A stretch of DNA of 64,000 bases, taken from assembly GCA_044356455.1 (NCBI GenBank), contig JBIKWF010000010.1, positions 569 through 64,568 on the forward strand. Reading direction: 5' to 3'. The DNA is from Bdellovibrionota bacterium. GTDB taxonomy: Bacteria; Bdellovibrionota_C; UBA2361; JBGSMV01. Shown here one piece after another: positions 36,271 to 46,497 of the stretch. The position numbers were made by a program, and so were the translations under genes. Each line of letters starts with the position of its first letter. Positions within the stretch are counted from its first letter, which is position 1. The notes below the pieces were generated by a model. It saw nothing but the letters and a program-made list of their open reading frames with translations. It was not told the origin of the DNA and searched no databases.

Positions 36271-37332
36271 ATGACCGTTCAAAACCCCATCAAAACTATG
36301 CGCGCGGCAATACTTGTCGAGCTCAAAAACCCCCTCGTCGTCGATACCGTTCAGATGCCGAGTGAGATAGGGGTCGGGCAGGTACTCGTCAAAATTCTCT
36401 ATACAGGAATCTGCGGAACTCAAATTGGAGAGCAGCAGGGTGTGAAGGGAGAAGACAAATTTCTCCCCCATCTTCTCGGTCATGAAGCAACCGCGAAGGT
36501 CATCGCCGTGGGGCCTGGAGTAAAGGTGGTAAAGCCCGAAGACACCGTGGTTTTGCATTGGAGAAAAGGCGAGGGGATCCAGGCCGATGGTCCTAAGTAC
36601 CAATGGAACGGCAAGGCTCTCAATGCGGGCTGGATTACTACCTTTAGCGAATATTCGATTGTTTCTGAGAATCGCTGCACTCCCGTATCTCCTGAAGTTG
36701 ATCTCGAAGCCTCAAGCCTACTTGGATGCGCGGTTTCAACCGGTATGGGAGTTATCACCAATAATGCCAAAGTAAAAATTGGTGAATCAGTCGTAGTTTT
36801 TGGCGCGGGAGGGGTAGGCTTTAATGTTATCGAAGCCGCGGCCCTGACCTCAGCCTATCCCATCATCGCCGTTGACTTGTTTGATGAGAAACTCGCGCTT
36901 GCGAAAGTATTTGGCGCTACGCACTGCATAAATTCACGCACCCAGAACGCCGAGCAAGAGATTAGAAAGCTCCTCGATAAAGCAGGAGCCGATGTCGTAG
37001 TCGACAATACTGGCAATGTAGAAGTCATACAGCTTGCCTATTCACTAGCAAGGGATGTGGGCCGTGTGATTCTTGTTGGAGTACCTAAGAAGGGCGATAA
37101 CATTTCGATCTATTCTCTGCCTCTGCATTTTGGGAAGGTTCTCACAGGTTCTTTCGGCGGCGATTCCAATCCTACCCAAGATATTCCCCGTTTTCTAAAG
37201 CTTGCAGCTCTTGGAAAACTTAAACTACGCGAGCTCGTCACGGACCGCACGAACCTAGATGGAATTAATGCGGCTATGGAAAAGATGCGCGCGGGACAAA
37301 TCTCAGGTCGCTGCGTCGTGAAAATGTTCTAG
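36271..37332 (+). CDS. zinc-dependent alcohol dehydrogenase (MDR family)
   Basis: GHEATAKVIAVGPGV and the Rossmann motif VFGAGGVG. Confidence 0.8.
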   Translation: MTVQNPIKTMRAAILVELKNPLVVDTVQMPSEIGVGQVLVKILYTGICGTQIGEQQGVKGEDKFLPHLLGHEATAKVIAVGPGVKVVKPEDTVVLHWRKGEGIQADGPKYQWNGKALNAGWITTFSEYSIVSENRCTPVSPEVDLEASSLLGCAVSTGMGVITNNAKVKIGESVVVFGAGGVGFNVIEAAALTSAYPIIAVDLFDEKLALAKVFGATHCINSRTQNAEQEIRKLLDKAGADVVVDNTGNVEVIQLAYSLARDVGRVILVGVPKKGDNISIYSLPLHFGKVLTGSFGGDSNPTQDIPRFLKLAALGKLKLRELVTDRTNLDGINAAMEKMRAGQISGRCVVKMF

Positions 37333-37365
37333 GGGCCATGGCCCCCGTACCTCCTATGCGAAGGT

Positions 37366-38448
37366 TTGGAATCCCTGATGACTCTTTCATCTCCTAGAAT
37401 CTCAATTTTTGGCGCCCCGACCTTGACGGCTTTCACGGAAGGAATTCTCGTTGAGGGCTTCAATCAACTGGGCGCCTCGGCACACGTGCGAAGTGCCGCT
37501 GAGTTTGAAGAAGTGGGGGATGAGCCTGTACTTTTGCAAATTCACGGGTCCCCGGAGGCTGAGGCGCACGACAGGGCGCTACTTGCCTTTGCAGAGATGC
37601 GTCTTGGAGAGGTGCGCAGTCCTACGATAATCCTCTTGCATCGCCCCGATGAAATTGAACTTCGCTTTTCAAGCGAGTTTTCCAATTGGCGCTACTCTTC
37701 TTCAAAGGCTGCATTGGTGCTTCTTGGAACGCATTTTACTCATGCTCCCTATTTAGTTGCGACCGGTCTCCCGATAGAAGTTATCTCCCATGGCTTTTTT
37801 GTTTCAGATCAGAACCTGCAAGAAGCTCCCATAGTGGTAGGAGCCCATACGGGATGGGGAGAAATGCGGGCCCTAAAGCATGCCGCTCAGCTTCTCGCGG
37901 AGGTTTTCACAAGGTCAGAAAATCTTCCTATCGTGGGGTATCTAGGAGGAGGGCCGCGCAGAGAGTTAGAGCTTAGAAGAATAGACGATATTCTTGTAGA
38001 CGCGGGGCTTAGAGCTTTTGAGCTCGTACAGGTATCTCAGCTAAGTTTCCCCATTCAGCTCGCCTCGCATCCGCGCATCATTATTAGCCACGAAGGAGCT
38101 CCGCCTCCTGGTTTTGGACTTACCTTTAATCTGCAGCTCTATCATCTGAACGGGGAGGTTCGGAGAGGCGAAAGTTCAGGGTCCTTGCACCGCGGAGTAA
38201 GTATTCCTGTCATTCTAGAAATGAATGGCGCGGAGGTGCTTGAAGATCTACGAGTCGTGAAGGTGCCTTATGCGAACCCTGTTGACGCAGACAAGGCAGA
38301 CTGGGGGGCGGCAGCCGAGGAAATCGTTTCTTTGGTTAAGTCTGGGAAATATAAGGCTCAAATGGCCCACAACGCTGCCCAAGCGAGAAAATATAGTCCG
38401 GGGGCTGTTGCTCAAAAGTATCTCGATCTCTTCCAGCGCCTGCCTTGA
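37366..38448 (+). CDS. hypothetical protein, possibly glycosyltransferase-like (GT-B)
   Basis: Only a weak resemblance to a GT4 C-terminal region. Confidence 0.35.
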   Translation: MESLMTLSSPRISIFGAPTLTAFTEGILVEGFNQLGASAHVRSAAEFEEVGDEPVLLQIHGSPEAEAHDRALLAFAEMRLGEVRSPTIILLHRPDEIELRFSSEFSNWRYSSSKAALVLLGTHFTHAPYLVATGLPIEVISHGFFVSDQNLQEAPIVVGAHTGWGEMRALKHAAQLLAEVFTRSENLPIVGYLGGGPRRELELRRIDDILVDAGLRAFELVQVSQLSFPIQLASHPRIIISHEGAPPPGFGLTFNLQLYHLNGEVRRGESSGSLHRGVSIPVILEMNGAEVLEDLRVVKVPYANPVDADKADWGAAAEEIVSLVKSGKYKAQMAHNAAQARKYSPGAVAQKYLDLFQRLP

Positions 38449-38503
38449 AAAGGTTTCAAGAGGCCGGTACGCTGCCTGCTCCTAGTTCAGATTAGAGATA
38501 CCC

Positions 38504-38977
38504 GTGGCCAAGACCGAAGGCGCAATTAAAATTCTGAGTGAGAACCGTAAGGCTCGCTTTAATTATCACATCGAAGAAGTGTTTGAGGCAGGTCTTGTCC
38601 TTAAAGGTCCCGAGATTAAGTCAGCTCGCGCAGGTCATGTGAATCTCGAGCAAAGTTACGTGAGGCCTGAGGGCGGCGAGATGTTTTTACTGCAGGCCCA
38701 TTTTGAGCCGTATAGGTTTGACACCAGCGCGGCTTCAAGTCTTGAATCCTCTAGAAAGCGCAAACTCCTGCTCAATCGAAGCGAAATTAATAAGCTCACC
38801 ATAGGCGTAGAGCGCAAAGGCCTCACCATCGTCCCGCTCAAGCTCTACCTCAAGCGCGGCTACGCCAAGATGGAAATTGCCCTCGTGAAGGGTAAAGCTG
38901 CCCCCGATAAGCGTGAAACCGTTAAGAAGCGCGAATCAGAGCGCGAAGCCCGAAGGGCGATGAAGCGCGGTGATTAG
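38504..38977 (+). CDS. smpB: SsrA-binding protein
   Basis: KILSENRKARFNYHIEE...GPEIKS is a canonical SmpB; it is followed by ssrA. Confidence 0.92.
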   Translation: MAKTEGAIKILSENRKARFNYHIEEVFEAGLVLKGPEIKSARAGHVNLEQSYVRPEGGEMFLLQAHFEPYRFDTSAASSLESSRKRKLLLNRSEINKLTIGVERKGLTIVPLKLYLKRGYAKMEIALVKGKAAPDKRETVKKRESEREARRAMKRGD

Positions 38978-38989
38978 CAAGGAGGTGGG

Positions 38990-39112
38990 GCGGCGCCGTG
39001 CCGTTTTTGCCAATCAGCGACGCCGAGATCGTGCGGCACGCCGAGGACGGCGCGCCCTACCCAGATGCCGTGCCCCTAGGTAGGGCGCGCCGTCCCCGGC
39101 GTGCCGAACATC
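38990..39112. repeat. family G GC-rich palindromic repeat, compact copy
   Basis: GATCGTGCGGCACGCCGAGGACGGCGCGCCCTACC..CCCTAGGTAGGGCGCGCCGTCCCCGGCGTGCCGAACA, with a 17-bp perfect stem. Confidence 0.8.
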
Positions 39113-39243
39113 CATTCGAAACCTTTAAGAGGCTTTCTGGCCTAGCCTTCCGACCAGGAACAATCCAGCCCCCTTTGGTGGTAAATCCCCCAATTAGTAG
39201 TTATACTACTAGTACAATTTGTTCTGAGTAGACGGGGGTGTCC

Positions 39244-39628
39244 AGGTTTCGACGGGATTCAAGAGATAGGTGTAAGCACGCCCAGGGACCGCTGGCCTGG
39301 TAAAAAAGCGGAAACTTCGAAGTGCCAACACGGACTTCACTGCAAACGAACGTAGCTACGCCCTTGCGGCCTAGTTGCGACGTTCTGCAACAAATAGATT
39401 CCTAGCCAAAAGCTACGAGTCGGTCATCGAACGCCACGCTCGTAACGGGCGGTGACTCATACACGAGCTGGCTTTTTCTTGTGCCTAGCAGGAGAGAGCG
39501 AGATTCATAGGCTGGTCGTTTCGTATCGCGTAAGTCGGAGACGAGACGATGAGATAAATGACTTACTAAGCGCGTAGAAAGCACCTGTTAAGGTTTCTCG
39601 GACGCGGGTTCGATTCCCGCCACCTCCA
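39244..39628 (+). ncRNA. ssrA: tmRNA (ssrA), one-piece, tag peptide ANERSYALAA
   Basis: 5' end GGGGGTGTCCAGGTTTCGACGGG. Tag reading frame GCA AAC GAA CGT AGC TAC GCC CTT GCG GCC TAG. 3' tRNA-like end GGACGCGGGTTCGATTCCCGCCACCTCCA. Directly downstream of smpB. Confidence 0.88.
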
Positions 39629-39638
39629 CATCGCCTCC

Positions 39639-40025
39639 GGCGATGTGGACCGCGGCCCCTTCAGGGGACGGGTCTGTCTGTATTGCCCGCTAGGCGCTCG
39701 GGCCCTTCGCTCGATGCTATTCCTCGCTTCGCTCGGGCATCGGCGAACCAGGGGTCCCCCCTGGACCCCGTGAGTGTATGTTCGTTCTTCGATGATAGGT
39801 TCGAATTAGTTTCCACCTAGTCCATCTGTATTGCCCGCTAGGCGCTCGCGCCCTTCGCTCGATGCTATTCCTCGCTTTGCTCGGGCATCGGCGAACCAGG
39901 GGAGCCCCCCTGGACCCCCTGGTTGTTCATTCTTCCATAATAAAAAGTTGGAATTACTTCCCCCCATTCCACACGGCCCCAATAAGGGGCCGCTGTGGAC
40001 CGCGGCCCCTTCAGGGGACGGGCCA
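39639..40025. repeat. direct-repeat structure downstream of ssrA
   Basis: A 28-bp motif GTGGACCGCGGCCCCTTCAGGGGACGGG at 39646 and again at 39995. It brackets two copies (39677-39770 and 39826-39925) of an about 95-bp unit ending in GGGG..CCCCCCTGGACCCC. Confidence 0.7.
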
Positions 40026-40050
40026 GTCCGCACCACCATTCCCGCTAAAC

Positions 40051-40362
40051 CTACCCCGCCAACCTCTCCTCAATAAACGCATTAAGACTCTTCTTCCTCT
40101 TCCGCGCCTGAATCGCCAGCTTCTTGTGCAGCTCAGGGTCAATTCGAATCACAAGATTACCCGAGAACGGCTTCTCAGGCTCTTCGCCCCTCTCTTTGCA
40201 GAGGGCAAGGTAATCATCGATAGACAACCGAAACTCCTTCTTAAGTTCCCTAACAGACTTTCCCTGAAACGTAATCACATCTTTGGTGTTGATTACTTCC
40301 CCATGGAAGATCTCGGCTTCATCGTCGTAGGAAATGCTACCTTCGTACCCTTTGTACTTCAT
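40051..40362 (-). CDS. hicB: type II toxin-antitoxin antitoxin, HicB family
   Basis: MKYKGYEGSISYDDEAEIFHGEVINTKDVITFQGKSVRELKKEF...EPEKPFSGNLVIRIDPELH matches the HicB signature. GGAGGA RBS; start overlaps the hicA stop. Confidence 0.75.
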   Translation of the reverse strand: MKYKGYEGSISYDDEAEIFHGEVINTKDVITFQGKSVRELKKEFRLSIDDYLALCKERGEEPEKPFSGNLVIRIDPELHKKLAIQARKRKKSLNAFIEERLAG

Positions 40363-40628
40363 AAGTTGTTCTCCTCCGGCGAAATATTCGCAGACAATAA
40401 AAATCGCTTCATAGAGACTATCGCGCCTTTATCAGTTTCCTTTCTCGGATGAGGCCTGTGAAATACTGCCTTCGCACCATTCAAGACGATTCGAACCCGA
40501 GAACCGCTTCCCTCGGTAACTTCTGCGCCCAAAGCGAGTAGCATTCTCTCTATATCCTTCCACAGAATATTTGACCTAACAGGGACCTCAAAAATCGCCT
40601 GTAGAACTTTCAACTGCTTCCCAGACAT
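40359..40628 (-). CDS. hicA: type II toxin-antitoxin toxin, HicA family
   Basis: MSGKQLKVLQ...VFHRPHPRKETDKGAIVSMKRFL matches the HicA/YcfA fold signature (HPxK..G). A GGAGAG RBS precedes the Met at 40628; the ORF track extends upstream to 40781. Confidence 0.65.
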   Translation of the reverse strand: MSGKQLKVLQAIFEVPVRSNILWKDIERMLLALGAEVTEGSGSRVRIVLNGAKAVFHRPHPRKETDKGAIVSMKRFLLSANISPEENNL

Positions 40629-41009
40629 CTGCTCTCCAATGATATCAAAAAACGATACTATGGCCCAGGAATAATTTCCCTGGCCCAATTTAAAGAGTAC
40701 AGGCATGCAGCCCCGCGAACGTTCTGGCTCTCGTGAGTAATTGACCGCAACTGCTACATTTTTTTGTTTTCTTGCACTCAAATATAGTAGCGCAGGGTCG
40801 TCGTAGGTCTCAGAACGCTCCTATTCCCCATGCATAGATAATCGGAGATTTCTGGCAAAAGTTGCCTCAGGAATTAGGCGGGTTCTTTACTGGCACAGTC
40901 TCTCGTATCTTGAATCCGGTAATCAGCAATTAAACGGAGGCAGGCCGCACATTGGATCTTCAACATTACTCCGTGCAAGCCACCCCCAACTCCATGCTAT
41001 CCTACCCCC

Positions 41010-41924
41010 ATGTTCTACGTCTCAAGTATTTCCGGCACTCTGGTCCCACTTGATCCACGAGCGGCGCCACTTTCTGGAGCAGGTGCCTCATCGGGCACTG
41101 TTCAGAGCACCCCGCTTGCGGCTCAGCTAGTGTCTGAAGCACAAGTTTTTGAAGCCATTGCCGCTCGAGAATTGGCGCTAAGCTCAAGAGCCGCTTCCTC
41201 TGCTTCTCCTTCTCCCAGCGCCTCAGCGTCAGAAGACGCTGCCGTGTATACGCCTGGATCTGAGGTCGGAAAGTTTGGGGCTTTACAGCGCTCTTCTCAA
41301 AATGTGAGCGATGCTCCGCATATTGGACGCGCAGGTGCTGCGATGGCGTACCGGACTCAGAATGCAGAGTTCAGGAGCCAAGCTCCAAGCTCGGAAACAA
41401 TTCTGCCCATTGGTTCTAGCGCTTCGCCTCCTATTCTTGAGGATGCGCCTGAATCGCCTCAGCGAGTTGATCCTATCAAAGACCAGAGGCCTCGGTACCA
41501 AAGTCCGCCCAAGCAGAGAAAAAAAGTTGTGGTGGCGGCTGATATCATGAGCTCTCCAGTATTCGCCTTTCATGAACATGCCTCTCTCGAAGAAGCCCGC
41601 GTGGTATTTCGGGAGAAGCGTTTTCGTCATGTTCCCGTGTTGTCTGCCGCAGGCAAGTTGATTGGCGTGCTTTCCGACCGTGACATCCTTGGAGAAGCGC
41701 CTTCGCGTACGGGGACGCCGGCCGAGGTGCGAGATCGCATGTCTACAAATGTAATTTCAGCCAGGCCAGAGACGGAAATCCATGCCATCGCGCAGGTGAT
41801 GGTCGAACACCGCGTGGGGTGTCTTCCTATCTTGGATGAGGCAGGAGCTCTTGTTGGAATGCTCACGCGAGGGGATATCTTACGCGCGATTGTGAGTCAT
41901 GCCCCAATTGAGCTTTGGACCTAA
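41010..41924 (+). CDS. CBS-pair domain protein with a low-complexity N-terminal half
   Basis: Two C-terminal CBS motifs (HVPVLSAAGKLIGVLSDRDIL; CLPILDEAGALVGMLTRGDILR). Confidence 0.65.
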   Translation: MFYVSSISGTLVPLDPRAAPLSGAGASSGTVQSTPLAAQLVSEAQVFEAIAARELALSSRAASSASPSPSASASEDAAVYTPGSEVGKFGALQRSSQNVSDAPHIGRAGAAMAYRTQNAEFRSQAPSSETILPIGSSASPPILEDAPESPQRVDPIKDQRPRYQSPPKQRKKVVVAADIMSSPVFAFHEHASLEEARVVFREKRFRHVPVLSAAGKLIGVLSDRDILGEAPSRTGTPAEVRDRMSTNVISARPETEIHAIAQVMVEHRVGCLPILDEAGALVGMLTRGDILRAIVSHAPIELWT

Positions 41925-41969
41925 GGTAGTCATTTCTCCCTTCGTTGCACCTCTCAGGAAGGTAGCCCT

Positions 41970-43064
41970 TTACTGGGCTCCTTCACCAAAAAGTCTTGCT
42001 CGTAAGAGCTGCACATCGGGCCCGGCAACGGTGGGCGGAAGGTGGGAGACTCTGCGCTCCCATTCAAGAAGGAGGGCTTCGAGGGCTCCGCGCATGGTGG
42101 GAGAACCGGCGGCCTGGCGAGGAGTGAGTCCAAGTAATGCAGGCACCGGCTCGTTTACCCAATTCTCATTTACTTTGTCTGAATATTCTTGGATGTCCGA
42201 GAAGCTTTTGTGAACGGCCTGCTTCTCTTGTAACGGAGGCTGCGGAGGCGGGGGGACATCGCGAAATGCTTCGTGCATTTCAAGAAAAGCCCAGCGCCTT
42301 GCCATTTCTAGTTCGTACACCGTGTCTCCCGGTTGACCAGCTTTCTCCCTCGCTTCCGTCAACGTCTTTAAAGATTTTTCTTTATGAAGCAGGACGCGCC
42401 CCGCCCAATCTCCAGGAAGGCACTGAGGCAGTGCTCCAAGCAGGTAGCAATCGCCCCACATTTCAACCACCATTGAAACGGTGAGCGCTCCTTTGACCCC
42501 TGATTGTGCGAGCTGAACATCCCTGGTGGTGAAGGTTTGACCCGTCTCAAAATCCAAGAGGGTTACGTAATCGCCTACGATTTCTTTGATTGCGAGAAGG
42601 CGATAATTGGCTTTTTCTGCAGCGCTCAAGAACTGAATTTGGTCGGGGAGAAAATGTTTCCTGCCAAGCTGGAGAGAAAGAGAGGCGAATGATTGAAGGG
42701 TGTCATTATCACCTGGAAAACTTTTTAACTTCAGTATCAGGAAGACACCAAAGGAATAGTCGGTTTCTTGTTCCACCGCTTTTTTCGAGTCCCTCTTATG
42801 GAACAGCCGTGTGGCAGAGGGCCCTGCGTAGACGTCTCCTGCGCTTATGACCAGGTCTTTGAGATCTGCTGGCTCTATCATCTGGCGCAGCATCTGATTG
42901 AGAATTTCGAGGGAGGTTCCCTCTGCTCGGCGTACCAACGACCTTTTTTCTTCGTCGCGCTCAATACGTGCGGGGCCTTCAAGAGGCAGGCAGCAGGCCG
43001 CGTAGGCGCGAGGGCTCCCGCAGGGGCAGGGGGCTGAATGGGATGGCTTGAGGCGCTCCGTCAT
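41970..43064 (-). CDS. SEC-C motif (CPCGS..CC) metal-binding domain protein
   Basis: N-terminal CPCGSPRAYAACC; the rest is uncharacterised. Confidence 0.5.
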   Translation of the reverse strand: MTERLKPSHSAPCPCGSPRAYAACCLPLEGPARIERDEEKRSLVRRAEGTSLEILNQMLRQMIEPADLKDLVISAGDVYAGPSATRLFHKRDSKKAVEQETDYSFGVFLILKLKSFPGDNDTLQSFASLSLQLGRKHFLPDQIQFLSAAEKANYRLLAIKEIVGDYVTLLDFETGQTFTTRDVQLAQSGVKGALTVSMVVEMWGDCYLLGALPQCLPGDWAGRVLLHKEKSLKTLTEAREKAGQPGDTVYELEMARRWAFLEMHEAFRDVPPPPQPPLQEKQAVHKSFSDIQEYSDKVNENWVNEPVPALLGLTPRQAAGSPTMRGALEALLLEWERRVSHLPPTVAGPDVQLLRARLFGEGAQ

Positions 43065-43222
43065 AGGGGTTCAGCCTAGACCGCTCCTTCATGTGTTTGA
43101 AAGCTACAAACATGGTGATGTTGGTCTCTTTGGGCCTGATGACGCGGGGGACTTCAAAAACTTTTATTGATTCTTGTAGGGGCTCATGGGATACCCTTGC
43201 CTGCTACTGTGGAGGGTAATGT

Positions 43223-43627
43223 ATGGGATTAGCTGCAGAATTTCGTGAGTTTGCCGTTCGAGGCAATGTCGTGGACTTAGCGGTCGGTGTGATTATCGGC
43301 GGCGCGTTTGGAAAAATTGTTTCTTCACTTGTTGCGGATGTCGTGATGCCTCCGCTTGGGATCTTGGTCGGGGGAGTTAACTTCACTGGCCTAAAGATTA
43401 CTCTTAAGGAAGCTGAGGGCGCGGCAGCGGCGGTGACCCTGAACTACGGTAACTTCCTTCAGACAGTGCTCGATTTCACTATCGTTGCCTTTGCAATTTT
43501 TATGATGATTAAGGCGATTAACCGCCTCAAGCGCAAGCAAGAGGCAGCGCCTGCAGCTCCTCCTGCTCCAACCAAAGAAGAACTTCTACTTGGCGAGATT
43601 CGGGATATTCTAAAAGCTCGCGGGTAG
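43223..43627 (+). CDS. mscL: large-conductance mechanosensitive channel
   Basis: [31 protein letters not shown] is a canonical MscL. Confidence 0.92.
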   Translation: MGLAAEFREFAVRGNVVDLAVGVIIGGAFGKIVSSLVADVVMPPLGILVGGVNFTGLKITLKEAEGAAAAVTLNYGNFLQTVLDFTIVAFAIFMMIKAINRLKRKQEAAPAAPPAPTKEELLLGEIRDILKARG

Positions 43628-43688
43628 TTTCAGCTGAGTTGTCTCGGTAGGGCACCTCATTGGGCCGTTGCTTATACGAAGCGGCTGA

Positions 43689-43826
43689 ATGGGAACATCT
43701 GAAATCCTTGATTCTTATTACACCTCTGTGTACCTCCGTCTTCTCTGTGGTGAGTTTCTTCATTTCAATTTCACCACAGAGGGAGCAGAGGTACACAGAG
43801 GTGAATTTTTTTCAGAGACTCCCTAG
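43689..43826. mobile_element. family A MITE-like element with a C-type internal palindrome
   Basis: Degenerate left TIR GGGAACATCTGAAATCC and right TIR TTTTTCAGAGACTCCCTAG. Core CACCTCTGTGTACCTCCG..CTCTGTGGTGA..TCACCACAGAG..CAGAGGTACACAGAGGTG. The terminal CTAG supplies the stop codon of the 43823..44383 gene. Confidence 0.7.
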
Positions 43827-44383
43827 TTCTTTTCTTCTGCTGGACTTGGGGTGAGTTGTTTCACTCCTGCCGGGGGCATGGGGCGAATACCGCCCATTGA
43901 TAGCCACCCCTCGCGACCTGGCGGAATCGCGAGTTCTCCCGTGATTGCTGCCCCGCGTTGATAGTGATGGTCTTCCGGCACAGAAGGAGTCGGTGTCGCC
44001 TGTGGGAGTTCTTCTGCCGCTACGCTTTTAAATCCTATAAAGGAGAGAAGAGCACAGGCGGCGGCGCTCATCACGGCGTAGCCGCGCCAGCGCGTCACTT
44101 TTCCGGGAGTACATTCTTTGGTGAGCACAGTGCCATCGGGGCGCCGGAATAAGCGCACGCATACAGGCTCACGCGCATCGAGGAGCTTAAGAGCCTCTTC
44201 CGTGGTCATTTCACTAAGATTGTGAACAAATTTCTTGCAGCTTGAGCAGTGACGCTTTCTCTCATCGCCTTCCATCTTGCTCCAGTCTTGATTACAGGGC
44301 GTTTCAATTACAATTCGAGAAAGGAGTTTCGAGGGGATGGTTTGTTTCATGTGCGCTCCTGATTCTTGTGAGTGGCTTCTCAT
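43823..44383 (-). CDS. hypothetical protein with an N-terminal CxxxW...CxxC zinc-ribbon-like motif and a TM segment
   Basis: ORF only; its C-terminal residues and stop are contributed by the adjacent repeat. Confidence 0.4.
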   Translation of the reverse strand: MRSHSQESGAHMKQTIPSKLLSRIVIETPCNQDWSKMEGDERKRHCSSCKKFVHNLSEMTTEEALKLLDAREPVCVRLFRRPDGTVLTKECTPGKVTRWRGYAVMSAAACALLSFIGFKSVAAEELPQATPTPSVPEDHHYQRGAAITGELAIPPGREGWLSMGGIRPMPPAGVKQLTPSPAEEKN

Positions 44384-44713
44384 CTGCAGTGGTTAGACCA
44401 AAGCGGTAGAGAGAAATTTCACTTTTCTTGCTCTGCTACAGGGCGCTCTAACATACTGAAGTGATTATGGCTCTAACGAGGCGCAAAGGTGCGCGGAGTT
44501 GTTTTGAGCGAATCTCTGAAAGGCAACCTTTTAGCGACTGAAGGCGCCACCTGACCTTGCAGCCGTCCGTTGTGCGAGGGGCAGTGCGTACCAACGATTT
44601 TAACGCGAAGGACACGATTGGCACGAAGGTATTAAATTCTCTTCCCTTCGCGGCAAGATTTTCGCTTTCGAAACGCCCGCGCATTTACTGGGAGATAAAA
44701 TCTAGATTGTTAC

Positions 44714-44760
44714 ACCTTAGTGGTCTCAGAGTTCTTAGTGGTTGTCCTCAAAAAACTAAG
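44714..44760. repeat. D-type palindrome (CTTAGTGGTCTC..TCTTAGTGGTTG)
   Basis: Same CTTAGTGGT(C/T)T module as at 47156, 49147, 57207 and 63566. Confidence 0.6.
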
Positions 44761-45496
44761 CCGCTCTCGGAGTGAGCGCCTCTTGCGCTGCGAGATCAAT
44801 TTGCCGCGAGGGAAGAGGCGCGTTCACGCAGAACCAATACCCAGCCCAGATAAAAATGAGCCCTACAAACTCTCCGATATAGAGTGCTTCGACCATGCCG
44901 GCTTTCGCCATTCCGCCCCCAATGCCAGGGAGAATCGCTCCAAATGCAATGAGCGCATTCCCAATCGCACGCCCTCCGGGGCCAGTCTTTTTGTAGAAAT
45001 GTAACGCGCTCATGAGAGCGGATCCGATCAGGAACCAAACCGCGTAGAGATTAATGAAAGGCGTGAAATAACGAACCCATTGCCATTCAATCGCTGCGCC
45101 TCCCGGGCGATAGGAGAGGAGGGCATCCATTTTTGTGGGCGAGGCAAAAACAAAAGCACTTATAATAATTAAAAAGGGCACCGTGAGCGCGCTAAGGATA
45201 TGAGCAGTTCTTCTTGAGTAGTGCAGATACACTGACCCTTGTGCAAGTGGGTAGCCGCCAAGGATTGCACCCGCGACGTACCAGGCCTTGTTCAGAAAGG
45301 GAGTGTTGCCATGCAGGGTTACGGCGCTTTCAAGAAACGTTCCTAGGCCATAGGTAAAAATTCCAAAAGCCCACCAAAGCAGGTGAGGGCCAGAGCGCCT
45401 TTCATAATAGCGGCGAAGGAGCAGTCCACAAAAAATGGCAGAGAGTATTGTGGTGCCGATTGGTAGGTAGTGCACGAGGTGCAGTGAATCGAACAT
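44756..45496 (-). CDS. hypothetical polytopic membrane protein
   Basis: About 7 hydrophobic segments. Confidence 0.5.
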   Translation of the reverse strand: MFDSLHLVHYLPIGTTILSAIFCGLLLRRYYERRSGPHLLWWAFGIFTYGLGTFLESAVTLHGNTPFLNKAWYVAGAILGGYPLAQGSVYLHYSRRTAHILSALTVPFLIIISAFVFASPTKMDALLSYRPGGAAIEWQWVRYFTPFINLYAVWFLIGSALMSALHFYKKTGPGGRAIGNALIAFGAILPGIGGGMAKAGMVEALYIGEFVGLIFIWAGYWFCVNAPLPSRQIDLAAQEALTPRAA

Positions 45497-45670
45497 GGGT
45501 CCCCCCTGGGCTGATTGCTCAGTGAGGGTTACATGCTCAACCGCTTCGGTCTATCCGAGGATCTCACTCCTCTTAGGTTTTAAGTGAGAGAAAGTGACTT
45601 TCGTTAAACTTTTCGAAAGCCCAGAGACACTTGTGACAGATGCCTGACAAAACGGATCCGATGAAACAAG

Positions 45671-46144
45671 TTAAAGATAAGACTTATGCGATGAAGCTAA
45701 GGTGACTAGAGAGTCAATATCTGGCAGCACTTTGCGGATAGCTGCCTGCATCTCTTTGCCGCCCTGAATGAAGGTTTCCGTGAGCAGAGAGGAAACAGGA
45801 ACTCCAATTTCTGGAGTCTGAGCGCAGGTGAGTATTCGAGAGAGCATTTCTAAGGTAGCCGTGCAATTTTCAGGAGCGCTCGACTTGAGCTCAGATTCTG
45901 CAAGTTCAAGGAGTGCTTCAATCTCATCAACTTGAATCAATGCGGGATCAGCCTCACCAGAGAGGATTCCCTTCATGAGCCATTCTGCGGGAGTTCCAGG
46001 GACTCGCTCAAAAGAGGAGTACATTTCGTCGGCAGTGAAACCCAAAGGGAGCTTTCGCGAAGGTAGCGCGAATGAGGCCCTCGATCTGAGAGCTGAGTCT
46101 TGGCGACGATGACGATGCATGAGAAATTCCAATATCGTGGACAT
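45671..46144 (-). CDS. hypothetical protein
   Basis: ORF only. Confidence 0.35.
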   Translation of the reverse strand: MSTILEFLMHRHRRQDSALRSRASFALPSRKLPLGFTADEMYSSFERVPGTPAEWLMKGILSGEADPALIQVDEIEALLELAESELKSSAPENCTATLEMLSRILTCAQTPEIGVPVSSLLTETFIQGGKEMQAAIRKVLPDIDSLVTLASSHKSYL

Positions 46145-46497
46145 CCAAGTATCACAGCTTTGGTTCTAACAAAATCCTAACAATGGCCATATTCATGGTC
46201 CTTCGCAAAAATAAGTGTGTCTATCTTGCTGTAATTATGTGACTTATTTGCCTTGAGGCGTCGTTTTATTTGTTTAGCCAGGAGAGCCTGATAGACTCGC
46301 CAGGTACGCTCTTTAACAACGTAGCTTTTAGTCAGAATGACGATGCGCCAAAGGGAGCAGTCTTAAGAGAAGGCACTTAACTTTAAGTGTCCCGAGACTG
46401 TCGCCTTTGGCGCGTTGGGGAAAAGGTTTTTGAACCTCTCGGAGGTTCTCCCAAAGTGCCGTATTGTTTGAGGCCATGCATGGCCGATAGGAGGTTC

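Noticed and set aside
39639-40025. CRISPR array hypothesis for the ssrA-adjacent repeats
   Set aside because: Only two copies of an about 95-bp unit plus a flanking 28-bp motif, no spacer-like unique segments of regular size, and no cas genes.
39806-40452. ORFs 39806..40039(-), 39831..40076(+) and 39862..40452(+)
   Set aside because: They lie within the ssrA-adjacent direct repeats and antisense to hicB. The convincing HicB signature is on the minus strand.
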